A stretch of DNA of 61,546 nucleotides, the filler included. It is 6 parts of 6 records of this genome, joined end to end, with 100 filler letters (N's around TTAATTAATTAA, not from the genome) between each part and the next. Parts side by side here need not be neighbours in the genome. Positions count along the whole stretch, not along the records: positions 45,396 to 51,613 come from SRR20825010_5535; positions 51,714 to 56,858 come from SRR20825010_5539; positions 56,959 to 61,546 come from SRR20825010_5548; 3 more parts are not named here. One strand, 5' to 3'. Shown here piece after piece: positions 49,383-60,829 of the stretch. The notes beneath the pieces were generated by a model. The model was not told where the DNA came from. It worked only from the letters and a program-made list of their open reading frames with translations, and ran no database searches. Position numbers and translations under genes: made by a program. Every line of letters begins with the position of its first letter. Within the stretch, counting starts at the first letter, position 1.

Positions 49383-50582
49383 ATGTACGGAAAAATTAAA
49401 GACCATCTACAAAAGGAACTTGAAGAAATAAAAGAGAACGGCTTATTTAAAAAAGAGCGAATTATTACTTCGCCTCAAGATGCTGAAATCACTATTTCTA
49501 CGGGTGAAACAGTAATAAATTTTTGTGCCAATAATTATTTGGGACTATCTTCAAACAAAGAAGTTATTCAAGCTGCAAAAGATGCAATGGATACGCATGG
49601 CTTCGGAATGTCATCAGTACGTTTTATTTGTGGAACGCAGGATATTCATAAAGAATTAGAGCAGAACATTGCAGATTATTATCAAACCGAGGATACTATA
49701 TTATATGCAGCAGCTTTTGACGCAAATGGTGGTGTTTTTGAACCATTATTAGGTGCTGAGGATGCTATTATTTCAGATTCATTAAACCACGCTTCTATTA
49801 TAGATGGGGTGCGTTTGTGTAAGGCCGCGCGCTATCGCTATGAAAATAGCAATATGGAAGATCTAGAAAATCAACTAATTGCAGCCAATGAAAAAGGCGC
49901 TCGGTTTAAAATTATTGTAACTGATGGTGTATTTTCAATGGATGGCTTGGTTGCTCCTTTAGACAAAATATGTGATTTGGCAGATAAATATGATGCTTTG
50001 GTAATGATAGATGAATGCCACGCGGCAGGTTTTATTGGCGAAACAGGTAGGGGAACTCTTGAGGAAAAAGGTGTAATGGGACGAATAGACATTATAACTG
50101 GTACTCTAGGAAAAGCATTGGGAGGTGCAATGGGAGGCTATACTACAGGAAAAAAAGAAATAATTGAAGTGTTGCGTCAACGTTCACGACCGTATCTTTT
50201 TTCAAATTCTTTAGCACCCGCAATTGTAGGTGCATCTATTAAGGTGTTCGAAATGCTTTCAAAAGACACTTCATTAAGAGATAAACTTGCTGAAAATACA
50301 GCATACTTTAAGGAAGGAATGAAAAAAGCAGGATTCGATATTATTGATGGAGACTCTGCAATAGTACCTGTAATGCTTTATGATGCAAAACTTTCACAAC
50401 AAATGGCTGATAAATTATTAGCAGAAGGTATCTATGTAATTGGTTTCTTTTTTCCAGTTGTCCCAAAAGGAAAAGCAAGAATCCGAGTGCAGCTTTCAGC
50501 AGCACATTCTAAGGAACATTTGGATAAAGCAATTAATGCGTTTATTAAGATTGGAAAAGAATTAGATGTAATTGAAAGATAA
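49383..50582 (+). CDS. kbl: Glycine C-acetyltransferase (2-amino-3-ketobutyrate CoA ligase)
   Basis: [37 protein letters not shown]. Confidence 0.96.
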   Translation: MYGKIKDHLQKELEEIKENGLFKKERIITSPQDAEITISTGETVINFCANNYLGLSSNKEVIQAAKDAMDTHGFGMSSVRFICGTQDIHKELEQNIADYYQTEDTILYAAAFDANGGVFEPLLGAEDAIISDSLNHASIIDGVRLCKAARYRYENSNMEDLENQLIAANEKGARFKIIVTDGVFSMDGLVAPLDKICDLADKYDALVMIDECHAAGFIGETGRGTLEEKGVMGRIDIITGTLGKALGGAMGGYTTGKKEIIEVLRQRSRPYLFSNSLAPAIVGASIKVFEMLSKDTSLRDKLAENTAYFKEGMKKAGFDIIDGDSAIVPVMLYDAKLSQQMADKLLAEGIYVIGFFFPVVPKGKARIRVQLSAAHSKEHLDKAINAFIKIGKELDVIER

Positions 50583-50704
50583 ATCCTTCAATTACGTATC
50601 AATAGCACTGATTTTAGGAAAATTTTATTAGATTTGCTTTTGTTTATAATATTTAACAACTTACTTTTGCTCATAATTAACACTTAAAAATTAAACAATC
50701 GAAT

Positions 50705-51613
50705 ATGAAACATCTTAACAGATTATTAGTTGCTGCCATCCTTATTTTGGGGACTGGCGTAGCGAACGCACAAGACGAAAACAATCCTTGGGCTGTTGAG
50801 GTTGGTGTAAACGCAGTTGACGTTTTCTCCGCTGGCCTTAATGAGGATCAAGTACTATACCAAGATCATGGTATGAGAGGAGAAATCTTTGACGAGTATT
50901 TTAATGCAGATAACCATTGGAACATTCTACCTTCAGTTTCTAAAATTGCTATTAGTAGATATGTAGGTAGTGGATTTGTATTTACTGCTGGTGGTTCTAT
51001 TAACCGTTTAGATAGAATGGGTGATGTAGAAGTAAACGACCTAAGCTACTACGGTGCTGATGGTGAAATTAAATATAGCTTCAAAAACGCTTTAGGAAGT
51101 AGCTGGTTTGACCCATCTATTGGTGTTGGTGGTGGTTACACATGGATCGATGATATCGGTTTTGGAACTGCAAACGGTATTGTAGGTGTTAAATTTTGGT
51201 TTAACGAATACATTGGTCTTAACTTCCAATCTACTTATAAGCATGCATTTGAAGAAGAATATGGTGTAACTCATTTCCAACATTCTGCTGGTGTAATTTT
51301 CCAATTTGGTGGAAAAGATACTGACGGTGATGGAATCTACGATAAAGACGATGAGTGTCCAGAAACTCCAGGTTTAGCTGAATTTAACGGTTGTCCTGAT
51401 ACTGACGGTGACGGAATTGAAGACAGAAACGATGCGTGTCCAAACACTGCAGGTTTAGCTGAATTCAACGGTTGTCCTGATACAGACGGTGATGGTATTG
51501 CTGATCCACAAGACGAATGTCCTACTGTAGCTGGTGTAGCTGCTCTTAACGGTTGTCCTGATGCTGACGGCGATGGTATTGCTGATAAAGATGATGCTTG
51601 TCCTAACGAAGCT
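50705..51613 (+). CDS. OmpA-family outer-membrane protein with thrombospondin type 3 repeats (3' truncated)
   Basis: Signal peptide, beta-barrel region, repeated DxDGDGIxDxxDxCP units; TACTTTTG promoter element at 50662-50669. The OmpA C-terminal domain itself is not visible. Confidence 0.85.
51318..51613 (+). repeat. 78-bp coding tandem repeat (TSP3 Ca-binding repeats)
   Basis: AACGGTTGTCCTGAT recurs every 78 nt; the contig ends inside the repeat. Confidence 0.85.
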
Positions 51614-51713
51614 NNNNNNNNNNNNNNNNNNNNNNNNNNNNNNNNNNNNNNNNNNNNTTAATTAATTAANNNNNNNNNNNNNNNNNNNNNNNNNNNNNNN
51701 NNNNNNNNNNNNN
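51614..51713. other. Artificial contig spacer
   Basis: N44-TTAATTAATTAA-N44. Confidence 0.99.
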
Positions 51714-51963
51714 TGGGTTCATGGGTACGGTAATCGGTATGATTCAGGCCTTCCAGAAAATTGCAGCGGTTGGTAACTTAAGTGCCTCCCTTATTGCAGG
51801 TGATATTCAGGTGGCGTTATTGACTACGGTATTCGGTCTTATTACTGCGATTATCCTACAGATTTTCTACAATTATATCATTGCAAAGATTGACAGTATT
51901 GTAAATGATATGGAAGATTCATCAATCACTTTGATTGATATGTTGGCAGATCACAAAAAATAA
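51714..51963 (+). CDS. exbB: MotA/TolQ/ExbB proton channel, C-terminal part
   Basis: GFMGTVIGMIQAF, IQVALLTTVFGL. Confidence 0.9.
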
Positions 51964-51989
51964 GTCGGACACTAAATACTTAAAGTATC

Positions 51990-52433
51990 ATGCATAAAAT
52001 AGTTAAAATAATATTAGTTGTACTAGGAGTGATAGGGGCCATTCTGTGGTTTCAGCTTCCTAGTGCAGACGTTCCGGTAACGGAAGCCATCAATAATGGG
52101 TCTATGAACTTCATGTTCATTATTACCTATTTATTGTTGGGGATTGCGATAGCGGCCTCGGTTCTTTTTGGATTGGTGAACTTGTTTACCTCCAAAGGTG
52201 CCTTAAAGAAAACCTTATTTGGTGTAGGGGGTCTTTTAGTAGTGTTTGTTATCTCTTACGCCCTTGCCACTGGAACAGATGTTAGTTTGGAGGAAATGGC
52301 CAAAAAGGGAGTACCTACTACAGAGAGTACTGTGAAAACCATAGGAATGGGATTGAATGTATTTTTTATCCTTACCATTATAGCTGTAGGCGCCATGTTG
52401 TGGTCCGGGGTTAAGAAAATGATTAGTAAATAA
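51990..52433 (+). CDS. Four-TM hypothetical membrane protein within the exbBD operon
   Basis: Hydrophobic segments; located between exbB and exbD. Confidence 0.75.
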   Translation: MHKIVKIILVVLGVIGAILWFQLPSADVPVTEAINNGSMNFMFIITYLLLGIAIAASVLFGLVNLFTSKGALKKTLFGVGGLLVVFVISYALATGTDVSLEEMAKKGVPTTESTVKTIGMGLNVFFILTIIAVGAMLWSGVKKMISK

Positions 52434-52447
52434 TAAAATAAAATATT

Positions 52448-53068
52448 ATGCCAAAAAGAGGAGCACCACCAGAGGTTAATGCGGGTTCTATGGCAGACAT
52501 AGCGTTCTTATTGCTTATCTTTTTCCTAGTGACTACCACTATTGAAACGGATGCAGGGTTAGATCGTATGTTGCCACCAATTGAGCCGCCAGATACCGAT
52601 GTAATCATTAAGCAAAAGAATATATTTCAGGTCAATATTAACCGTGATGGACAGTTATTGGCTGATGATGAGTTGACAAACATTAAGGATTTAAGGGCCA
52701 AAGCCATTGCCTTTTTGGACAATGGAGGTGCCCCATCCGGATCACCTGACTATTGCAATTATTGCAAAGGGAAAAGGGATGTAGCTTCATCGGATAGTCC
52801 AGCCAAAGCTATTATATCACTTAAGAACGATAGGGAGACGAAATACGGAACCTATATCACCGTTCAGAACGAATTGGTAGGAGCCTATAACGATCTTAGA
52901 AATAGGGAAGCCCAACGTTTGTACAAGAAGGACTTTACGGATATGGAAGCTGAATATCTTAATCCGGAAACCCCGGACAATGTTCGTGAAGAGTTGAAGG
53001 AGAAGGTTAAGAGAATACAGGATTTGTTTCCTCAGAAACTTTCAGAGGCCGAAACATCGTCAAACTAA
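52448..53068 (+). CDS. exbD: ExbD/TolR family protein
   Basis: NAGSMADIAFLLLIFFLVTT. Confidence 0.92.
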   Translation: MPKRGAPPEVNAGSMADIAFLLLIFFLVTTTIETDAGLDRMLPPIEPPDTDVIIKQKNIFQVNINRDGQLLADDELTNIKDLRAKAIAFLDNGGAPSGSPDYCNYCKGKRDVASSDSPAKAIISLKNDRETKYGTYITVQNELVGAYNDLRNREAQRLYKKDFTDMEAEYLNPETPDNVREELKEKVKRIQDLFPQKLSEAETSSN

Positions 53069-53093
53069 ATTGAGAAGTTAAAAACAAGATACT

Positions 53094-53576
53094 ATGTCAA
53101 AATTTAATAAGAAAAAAGATGCGGGTTTACCAGCGGTGAATACTGCATCCTTGCCAGATATCGTTTTTATGCTTTTGTTCTTCTTTATGACGGTTACAGT
53201 GATGAAAGACAGTACCTTGAAGGTAGAAAACGTACTGCCCAATGCTTCGGAAATCAAGAAATTGGAAAAGAAGGACAGGGTAATCTATATTTATGTTGGT
53301 AAGCCTACCCGTGAGTATGAGAAGACCTATGGTACCGAGTCAAAAATTCAGTTGAACGATAAGTTTGCCGATGCATCAGAAGTTGGAGATTATATTTTGA
53401 TGGAAAGGGCCAAAAAGCCACAGGAATTACAAAATGTATTGACAACCGCACTTAAGGTGGACAAGGAAGCCAATATGGGTATTATTTCCGATATAAAACA
53501 AGAACTTAGAAAAGTAAATGCCTTGAAAGTAAATTACACCACCTATGAGGGTGATGCGTTCAGGAATTTGCAATAG
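53094..53576 (+). CDS. exbD: ExbD/TolR family protein (second copy)
   Basis: TASLPDIVFMLLFFFMTVT, LKVDKEANMG. Confidence 0.92.
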   Translation: MSKFNKKKDAGLPAVNTASLPDIVFMLLFFFMTVTVMKDSTLKVENVLPNASEIKKLEKKDRVIYIYVGKPTREYEKTYGTESKIQLNDKFADASEVGDYILMERAKKPQELQNVLTTALKVDKEANMGIISDIKQELRKVNALKVNYTTYEGDAFRNLQ

Positions 53577-53598
53577 TTAGTTAAAGGATAAGAGAATT

Positions 53599-53637
53599 AA
53601 AACGCTTCAAATGCATATATTTGAAGCGTTTTTTTTT
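53599..53637 (+). terminator. Intrinsic terminator after exbD
   Basis: AAAACGCTTCAAAT-GCATAT-ATTTGAAGCGTTTTTTTTT. Confidence 0.88.
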
Positions 53638-53665
53638 ATGTTTAATTAATTACCTTTAGAAGGCT

Positions 53666-54358
53666 ATGAGATGTTCCATACTGTTTGCAATTCTTTTGTT
53701 TTCCGGTGCTTTTGTAACTGGGCAAGTTATGGAATCCAATGGGGAGGTGGACAGGAAGTATTTGGAAGATCAGTTTTATTTGGGACTTACCTATAATTTT
53801 GCTACCAATCTCCCTGCCGGGATTTCCCAAAGAAACCTTTCTTACGGCTTGCAGGCCGGTTTTATTAAAGATATTCCCTTAAGTTATCAAAGGAATATGG
53901 GCATCGCTATTGGTTTGGGGTATGGTATAAATTCCTATTACACCAATCTATTGGCTTCCCAGCAGGGATCTGATGTGGAATATACAGTTTTGGACAGCGA
54001 TGTCGATTTCAAGAGAAATAAAATTGCCACCCATGTCCTGGAGGTTCCCTTTCAGTTTAGATGGCGTAATTCAACTCCAGAGGAATATAAGTTTTGGAGG
54101 ATATACGCCGGTGTTAAGTTTGGTTATGTTTTTGATGGTCGGTCCAAGTATGTCTCAAGCTCGGAGAAAATAGTCTTTATAAACAAGGATATAAGGGACT
54201 TTCAATACGGTCTAACCTTAAATGTAGGGTACAATACCTTCAATGTTCATATTTATTATGCACTCAGTTCGCTTTTCAATGATGGAGTAATGGAACAGTC
54301 AGGGGAAATCATTGAAATTAAGCCGCTTAAAGTGGGGCTTATTTTCTATATTTTATAA
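53666..54358 (+). CDS. Small outer-membrane beta-barrel (porin-family) protein
   Basis: Signal peptide, YLEDQFYLGLTYN, LEVPFQFRWR, C-terminal GLIFYIL. Confidence 0.75.
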   Translation: MRCSILFAILLFSGAFVTGQVMESNGEVDRKYLEDQFYLGLTYNFATNLPAGISQRNLSYGLQAGFIKDIPLSYQRNMGIAIGLGYGINSYYTNLLASQQGSDVEYTVLDSDVDFKRNKIATHVLEVPFQFRWRNSTPEEYKFWRIYAGVKFGYVFDGRSKYVSSSEKIVFINKDIRDFQYGLTLNVGYNTFNVHIYYALSSLFNDGVMEQSGEIIEIKPLKVGLIFYIL

Positions 54359-54958
54359 CCAAAATTTAATCGTAAATAATTGGGTGAACAGGCCAATGGC
54401 AAAGCCAATCAAGACTTCTGCCTTGGTGTGGGCGTTCAAGTATAGTCTGGAGCTGGCTGCTAGGCCGCTTAGCAATGTTACTATGCCAATGGCAATGGTA
54501 ACATTGATTTCAAAGTGTATGCTCAGGTTTATTAAGTACATTAACAGGCTTCCCATGCCCAATAGGTGCATACTGCACTTAAAGTTTAGAAATAACAATA
54601 CAAGGGCGCTAAATAAGCCCGCTATTAGCCCTAAAAAGTAGTAATGCAGCTCTATGGTAAAGTTGTTCGGAATTACCTTAAATAAGACCATTATAAGCAG
54701 TCCTAGACTAATATAAATAGGGTATTTCCTTTCTTGGAGATTAGGCATGAATACGGAGCTAACAATGCCCAGATTGCGCAAGATCAGGTAAAATATAATG
54801 GGTATGATTATCGTGAGTATAAATATGGGCAAAATGTTTCCGCTCTGCACCTCCAACGGACTGTATTTAGGGGTAATCAGGAAATAGGCCAAGGTACCTG
54901 CAAATGGTATAAAAAGCGGGTGTAGGAGGTAGGACGTGATCTTGAGGAATAGTCGCAT
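54353..54958 (-). CDS. Conserved multi-TM membrane protein (PAP2-like C-terminus)
   Basis: KCSMH and SSRLYLNAHT..EV..G; start overlaps the rpoN stop (TAATG). Confidence 0.65.
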   Translation of the reverse strand: MRLFLKITSYLLHPLFIPFAGTLAYFLITPKYSPLEVQSGNILPIFILTIIIPIIFYLILRNLGIVSSVFMPNLQERKYPIYISLGLLIMVLFKVIPNNFTIELHYYFLGLIAGLFSALVLLFLNFKCSMHLLGMGSLLMYLINLSIHFEINVTIAIGIVTLLSGLAASSRLYLNAHTKAEVLIGFAIGLFTQLFTIKFWL

Positions 54959-56415
54959 TAAATTTGTTTTCTCAACCTGGCCACCGGAATATCCAGTTGT
55001 TCCCTATATTTTGCTACCGTACGCCGGGCAATAGGGTAGCCCTTTTCTTTGAGAATAGCGGCCAATTTATCGTCTGTAAGCGGTTTTTTCTTGGTTTCTT
55101 CTCCAATAACAGTTTCCAGTATTTTTTTAATTTCCTTGGTAGATACATCCTCTCCCTGATCGTTTTTCATGGATTCGGAAAAGTAGTCCTTTATCAATTT
55201 TGTACCATATGGGGTGTCAACATATTTGCTGTTGGCCACCCTGGAGACTGTAGAAACATCCATGCCAATACCATCGGCTATGTCTTTCAGGATCATGGGT
55301 CGCAGTTTGCGTTCATCCCCGGTCAGGAAATATTCTTTTTGATATTCCATGATTTCGTTCATGGTAATATATAGGGTCTGCTGACGTTGCCTTATGGCAT
55401 CAATAAACCATTTGGCCGTATCCAACTTTTGCTTAATGAACATTACGGTGTCCTTTTGGGACTTCGACTTTTCCTTGGAGTTTTTGTACCCTTCCAACAT
55501 GTTGTTGTACTCCCGTGAAACATGCAGCTCAGGTGCATTTCTTCCGTTCAGGGTTAGCTCCAGTTCCCCGTCTACAATACGAATGGAGAAATCGGGAACT
55601 ACGTGCTCCACAATTCTGTTATTCCCGGAATAGGAACCTCCTGGTTTGGGATTTAAGCGTTCTATTTCGGCAATGGCAGCCTTTAACTGTTCCTCTGTGA
55701 TGTTGTGCTTTTGAATAAGCTTTTGATAGTGCTTTTTGGTGAACTGCTCAAAGGATTTCTCCAACAATTGAATGGCCAGTTCTATACCGGGGGTCACTTC
55801 CTTCCTTTTTAATTGAAGCAGAAGGCACTCTTCAAGAGTCCTGGCAGCTACACCGGCAGGGTCAAGATCCTGAACTATGTGCAATACTTTTTCAATGGTC
55901 TTTTCGTCGGTATAGATATTTTGGGTAAAGGCCAGATCGTCCATCATATCTGTAAGAGGTCTTCTTATGTACCCACTTTCATCGACGCTGCCCACCAAAA
56001 ATTCGGCAATGGACCATTCCTCATCTGTTAAATAAACAGTGTTTAACTGATTGATGAGATATTGATTAAAGGAAATCCCGGCCGCATAAGGAACATTTTT
56101 TTCCTCATCATCGGAACTGTAATTATTGGCTTGTGTGCGATAATCCGGAATCTCGTCATCGCTTAAATAATCGTCAATATTGATATCTTCCGCACTTATG
56201 CTTTCGCTATCGGTTTCATTGTCATAAAGATCATCAAATTCATCCTGTTGCGTGTCAACTTCATCCTTTCCAGTTTCAAGGGCAGGGTTTTCCTCCAATT
56301 CTTGTTTTAGTCGTTGTTCAAATGCCTGCGTAGGCAATTGAATCAACTTCATCAACTGTATTTGTTGTGGAGATAATTTCTGCGATAATTTAAACTGTAG
56401 GTGTTGTTTCAGCAT
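54958..56415 (-). CDS. rpoN: RNA polymerase sigma-54 factor
   Basis: Gln-rich N-terminus, ELEENPALE, STVSRV, RpoN box ARRTVAKYRE. Confidence 0.97.
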   Translation of the reverse strand: MLKQHLQFKLSQKLSPQQIQLMKLIQLPTQAFEQRLKQELEENPALETGKDEVDTQQDEFDDLYDNETDSESISAEDINIDDYLSDDEIPDYRTQANNYSSDDEEKNVPYAAGISFNQYLINQLNTVYLTDEEWSIAEFLVGSVDESGYIRRPLTDMMDDLAFTQNIYTDEKTIEKVLHIVQDLDPAGVAARTLEECLLLQLKRKEVTPGIELAIQLLEKSFEQFTKKHYQKLIQKHNITEEQLKAAIAEIERLNPKPGGSYSGNNRIVEHVVPDFSIRIVDGELELTLNGRNAPELHVSREYNNMLEGYKNSKEKSKSQKDTVMFIKQKLDTAKWFIDAIRQRQQTLYITMNEIMEYQKEYFLTGDERKLRPMILKDIADGIGMDVSTVSRVANSKYVDTPYGTKLIKDYFSESMKNDQGEDVSTKEIKKILETVIGEETKKKPLTDDKLAAILKEKGYPIARRTVAKYREQLDIPVARLRKQI

Positions 56416-56455
56416 TTATAACGGTAATCTATCTTATAAAGTTAAAGAATAATGA

Positions 56456-56858
56456 TTAGAATTCAGCATTCTGCGGTGTTCTTGGAAAAGGTATTACGTC
56501 CCTTATATTGCCCATGCCTGTTGCAAAAAGTACCAATCTCTCAAAACCGAGTCCAAAGCCACTATGTACGGCAGTTCCAAATTTTCTAAGATCCAAATAC
56601 CACCAAAGTTCCTTTTCATCAATGCCCAAAGCTTTGATCTTCTCCAATAGGATGTCCAGGCGCTCTTCACGTTGGGATCCACCCACTATTTCACCAATAC
56701 CAGGGAATAGAATGTCCATTGCCCTAACCGTATTGCCATCCTCATTTAAACGCATATAAAATGCCTTTATTTTTGCTGGATAATCAAATAGTATTACCGG
56801 GCATTTAAAATGTTTTTCCACTAGGAAGCGTTCGTGCTCACTTTGTAGGTCTGCACCC
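56456..56858 (-). CDS. asnS: Asparagine--tRNA ligase, C-terminal part
   Basis: [39 protein letters not shown]. Confidence 0.95.
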
Positions 56859-56958
56859 NNNNNNNNNNNNNNNNNNNNNNNNNNNNNNNNNNNNNNNNNN
56901 NNTTAATTAATTAANNNNNNNNNNNNNNNNNNNNNNNNNNNNNNNNNNNNNNNNNNNN
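56859..56958. other. Artificial contig spacer
   Basis: N44-TTAATTAATTAA-N44. Confidence 0.99.
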
Positions 56959-57383
56959 GTGCCACAGAACAACTGCTTGTTAGCGGCCCGGTGTGGGGTG
57001 GAAACCTGACCCTGCTGTGCAGCCTGATCGGCACACCCTGGATGCCCAACATGCCCGGCGGAATTCTGGTGCTTGAAGATGTGAATGAACCAGCCTACAA
57101 AATTGAACGCATGCTGCTGCAACTGTTGCATGCAGGTGTTTTGGACCAACAACAAGCCATAGTGCTGGGTAATTTTTGTGAACCCAAACCGGGTAACCAC
57201 GACAACGGCTACACCCTGCACAGTGCCGCTGAATTTGTACAACAGCAACTGGGGCGAGCACCTGTTGTATTGAATTTCCCTTTTGGCCACTGCACACCCA
57301 AAGCCTGCTGGTTTCAGGGCGGACAGGGGCAGTTAAGCGTTGAACCCGGGCAGGCCGCACGCCTGACTCAAAACCTTCGCTAG
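56959..57383 (+). CDS. ldcA: Muramoyltetrapeptide LD-carboxypeptidase (S66), C-terminal part
   Basis: WGGNL, ILVLEDVNEPAYKIERMLLQL, PFGH. Confidence 0.88.
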
Positions 57384-57461
57384 AACCTGCAACCCACGCA
57401 CCCTCGCTTTGGGCATGTATAATGCCACCTTTGTTAAAAATCACTGAGTTTTCCAATACTT

Positions 57462-59060
57462 ATGCTCACCGCAGCCAATATCACCATGCAGTTCGGCGCC
57501 AAGCCGCTTTTCGAGAATATCAATGCCAAGTTCGGCGATGGCAACCGCTATGGCTTGATTGGCGCAAACGGCTGCGGAAAATCGACATTCATGAAAATTC
57601 TGGGTGGCGACCTGGAACCCAGCAGTGGTAACGTTGACATTGACCGCCACATGCGCTTGGGCAAATTGAGCCAAGACCAGTTTGCATTTGAAGAATTCCG
57701 GGTGCTTGATGTAGTGATGATGGGCCACAAGGAAATGTGGGCCGCCATGACAGAACGCGATGCCCTGTACGCCAACCCCGAAGCGACGGATGAAGACTAC
57801 ATGCGCGCGGCCGATCTGGAAGCCGTTTACGCCGAATTTGGTGGCTACGAAGCTGAATCAAGAGCAGGCGAACTGCTGCTGGGCGCAGGCATACCCACTG
57901 AACAGCACAACGGCCTGATGAGCGAAATTGCACCGGGCTGGAAACTGCGCGTGTTGCTGGCACAAGCCCTGTTTTCCAAACCCGATGTTTTGTTGCTGGA
58001 CGAACCCACGAACAACCTGGACATCAACACGATTGCCTGGCTGGAAAACGTGCTGAACCAGTACGAAAGCACGATGATCATTATCAGCCACGACCGCCAC
58101 TTTCTGAACGAAGTGTGCACGCACATGGCCGACCTGGATTACGGCACATTGCAAGTGGTGCCCGGCAACTACGACGATTACATGCTTGCCGCATCACAGG
58201 CCCGCGAGCGCGCACAGGCCTCGAACGCCCGCGCCAAGGAACGCATTTCTGATTTGCAAGACTTCGTTCGCCGTTTTGCGGCCAACAAGTCCAAGGCACG
58301 CCAGGCCACTTCGCGCCAGAAGCAGATTGAAAAGATCAAGCAAGACACCGTCATTTTGAAACCATCTTCACGCCAAAACCCGTTTATTCGTTTTGAGCAG
58401 AAAAAGAAAATGCACCGCCTGGCGGTGGAACTGGACAATGTCAGCCTGGCCTATGGCGACAACAAAGTGATTCGCGACTTTTCCATCATGGTGGAAGCAG
58501 GCGACAAAGTGGGTATTGTGGGTGCCAACGGTGTGGGCAAAACCACCTTGCTGAAGCTGCTGGCCAAAGCACTGGAACCCACCTACGGCGAAGTGAAGTG
58601 GTCAGAAAATGCAGACCTGGGTTACATGGCCCAAGACGTTAGCGATGAATTTGACACCAAGCTAAGCCTGCGCGAATGGACCGAGCGGTTTGCGCAAGAA
58701 GGGGACGACGACCAGGTAATTCGCGGCATTCTGGGTCGTTTGCTGTTCTCGAACGATGAAATTACCAAACAAGTGAAAGTGTGTTCAGGTGGCGAGAAGA
58801 ACCGCCTGGTGTTTGGCCGCTTGATGCTGGGCCGGCACAATGTGTTGTTGATGGACGAACCCACCAACCACCTTGACATGGAATCGATTGAATCCCTGCA
58901 GTACGCGATTGAAAAATACGAAGGCACTGTGTTTGTGGTGTCGCATGACCGGCAGTTTGTATCCGGCATTGCCACGCGTATTTTCGAGATGCGTGAAGAC
59001 GGCATTACTGACTACCGCGGCACTTACGAGGAATACCGCGACAGCTTGGGACTGGCTTAA
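57462..59060 (+). CDS. ybiT: ABC-F family ATPase (YbiT-like)
   Basis: Two ABC domains ([38 protein letters not shown]), no TM segments. Confidence 0.9.
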   Translation: MLTAANITMQFGAKPLFENINAKFGDGNRYGLIGANGCGKSTFMKILGGDLEPSSGNVDIDRHMRLGKLSQDQFAFEEFRVLDVVMMGHKEMWAAMTERDALYANPEATDEDYMRAADLEAVYAEFGGYEAESRAGELLLGAGIPTEQHNGLMSEIAPGWKLRVLLAQALFSKPDVLLLDEPTNNLDINTIAWLENVLNQYESTMIIISHDRHFLNEVCTHMADLDYGTLQVVPGNYDDYMLAASQARERAQASNARAKERISDLQDFVRRFAANKSKARQATSRQKQIEKIKQDTVILKPSSRQNPFIRFEQKKKMHRLAVELDNVSLAYGDNKVIRDFSIMVEAGDKVGIVGANGVGKTTLLKLLAKALEPTYGEVKWSENADLGYMAQDVSDEFDTKLSLREWTERFAQEGDDDQVIRGILGRLLFSNDEITKQVKVCSGGEKNRLVFGRLMLGRHNVLLMDEPTNHLDMESIESLQYAIEKYEGTVFVVSHDRQFVSGIATRIFEMREDGITDYRGTYEEYRDSLGLA

Positions 59061-59569
59061 ACAACGCTTGTTGATCATCTTCGGATATGCAGAACGCCAC
59101 TCATTCTGCCTTGATCAAGTCGAGTTCCCCGTATTGATACTGGCTCAGGGCATGCGAAACGCGGACGCGTCTTCGCATCGATCCTCCGGATCGCCCCTCG
59201 CTGCGAACCAAACCGGGCGACTTGATCTTGAATCGGCAAAATGATGTGTCGCCTCTGCACACCAGAGGCTGCATCAACTTGAGCCGACGCCTGCAAATAG
59301 TAACGTTGTCAAGTCACAGACCATTTCCCGCATTCGCGAAGTTCGCATTGCCGTCATTCCGCCATCAGGAAAGCCTGCCCGCTTGAATTCACGCGCCACG
59401 TTCGGCCACAAGCCGACGCCGAGCCCCGGCCATCTGTTTTGCCGGGATCGGTGAGTCAGTGTGAATTACAAGAAGGGAGATACAGGCTTTCAGGCGGAGG
59501 AGGGCATGCGGCTCACCGGATGCCAATAAACGATATGTTTGGCTTGCGGGCATACGACTTCGCAAAATC

Positions 59570-60808
59570 TCAGCCTACCGGCTTTACTTTCCCTGCCGCC
59601 CGTTTCGCTTTCGCCCGCGCTTCATCCACACTCGCATCGCGCGCCAACGCTACACCCATGCGGCGCTTCAAAAACGATTCAGGCTTGCCAAACAAACGCA
59701 CATCCGTGCCAGGTTCCGCCAATGCCTCGGCAACACCCTCAAAGGCAATGCCCACCTTATCAATGCCACCGTAAATCACAGCACTGGCACCCGGTGTTTT
59801 CAGGCTGGTGTCCACTGGCAAACCCAAAATAGCACGGGCATGCAGCTCAAATTCGTTTTGCCACTGGGTAATCATGGTCACCATGCCGGTGTCGTGCGGT
59901 CGCGGGCTTACTTCGGAAAACCACACCTCATCACCTTTGACAAACATTTCCACGCCAAACAAACCAGTACCGCCCAAGGCAGTGGTTACGTGGTCGGCCA
60001 TCCGTTTGGCTTCTTCCAGTGCTTTCGTGCTCATGGCCTGCGGCTGCCAGCTTTCCACATAATCACCTCTAACCTGAATGTGGCCTACGGGTTCGCAATA
60101 AGACGTTTCAATCGCACCGTTTTTCGGGTTGCGGGCACGCACAGTCAACAAAGTAATTTCGTATTCAAATTCCACAAGCGATTCAACAATGACACGGCCC
60201 GAATTCACGCGACCTGCGCTGCCTGCGTAATCCCAGGCCGCTTCCAGTTCACTGGCGTCGTCTACCTTTGATTGCCCTTTGCCGGAAGACGACATCACAG
60301 GTTTTATGATGCAAGGGTAGCCAACCGGTTTGTGTCCATCAATGCCTTTTTCCACAGCACGCTTCAAGGTGTCGAAATCGTCAGCAAATGCGTAACGCGA
60401 GCAGCTCAACTTCAATTCTTCGGCTGCCAAACGGCGAATGCCCTCCCGGTTCATGGTCAACCAAGCGGCATTGGCCGTGGGCACCACACGCACAACACCT
60501 GCGGCCTCAAGCTCCTTCAATGCCGGTGTTGCAATGGCCTCGATCTCGGGCACCACAATGTGCGGCTTTTCCTGGGCAATCAGGGCTTTCAGGGCTTGTG
60601 GATTGGTCATGTCGATCACGTAGAACCGATGTGCTACCTGATGGCCTGGCGCGTTGGGGTAACGGTCTACCGCAATCACCTCGACCCCCAAACGCTGAAA
60701 GGCAATAATCACTTCTTTGCCCAATTCCCCACTGCCCAACAGCATCACTTTCAGGGCGTTGTCGGCCAATGGGGTGCCAATTTGGGTTGGAAATTGAATC
60801 GAAGTCAT
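59570..60808 (-). CDS. purT: Formate-dependent phosphoribosylglycinamide formyltransferase
   Basis: [48 protein letters not shown]. Confidence 0.96.
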   Translation of the reverse strand: MTSIQFPTQIGTPLADNALKVMLLGSGELGKEVIIAFQRLGVEVIAVDRYPNAPGHQVAHRFYVIDMTNPQALKALIAQEKPHIVVPEIEAIATPALKELEAAGVVRVVPTANAAWLTMNREGIRRLAAEELKLSCSRYAFADDFDTLKRAVEKGIDGHKPVGYPCIIKPVMSSSGKGQSKVDDASELEAAWDYAGSAGRVNSGRVIVESLVEFEYEITLLTVRARNPKNGAIETSYCEPVGHIQVRGDYVESWQPQAMSTKALEEAKRMADHVTTALGGTGLFGVEMFVKGDEVWFSEVSPRPHDTGMVTMITQWQNEFELHARAILGLPVDTSLKTPGASAVIYGGIDKVGIAFEGVAEALAEPGTDVRLFGKPESFLKRRMGVALARDASVDEARAKAKRAAGKVKPVG

Positions 60809-60829
60809 ATTGAAGCTCGCCAATGTAAA

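Noticed and set aside
51318-51613. Regular repeats as a CRISPR array
   Set aside because: In-frame 78-bp coding repeats with synonymous variation, no unique spacers, and no cas genes.
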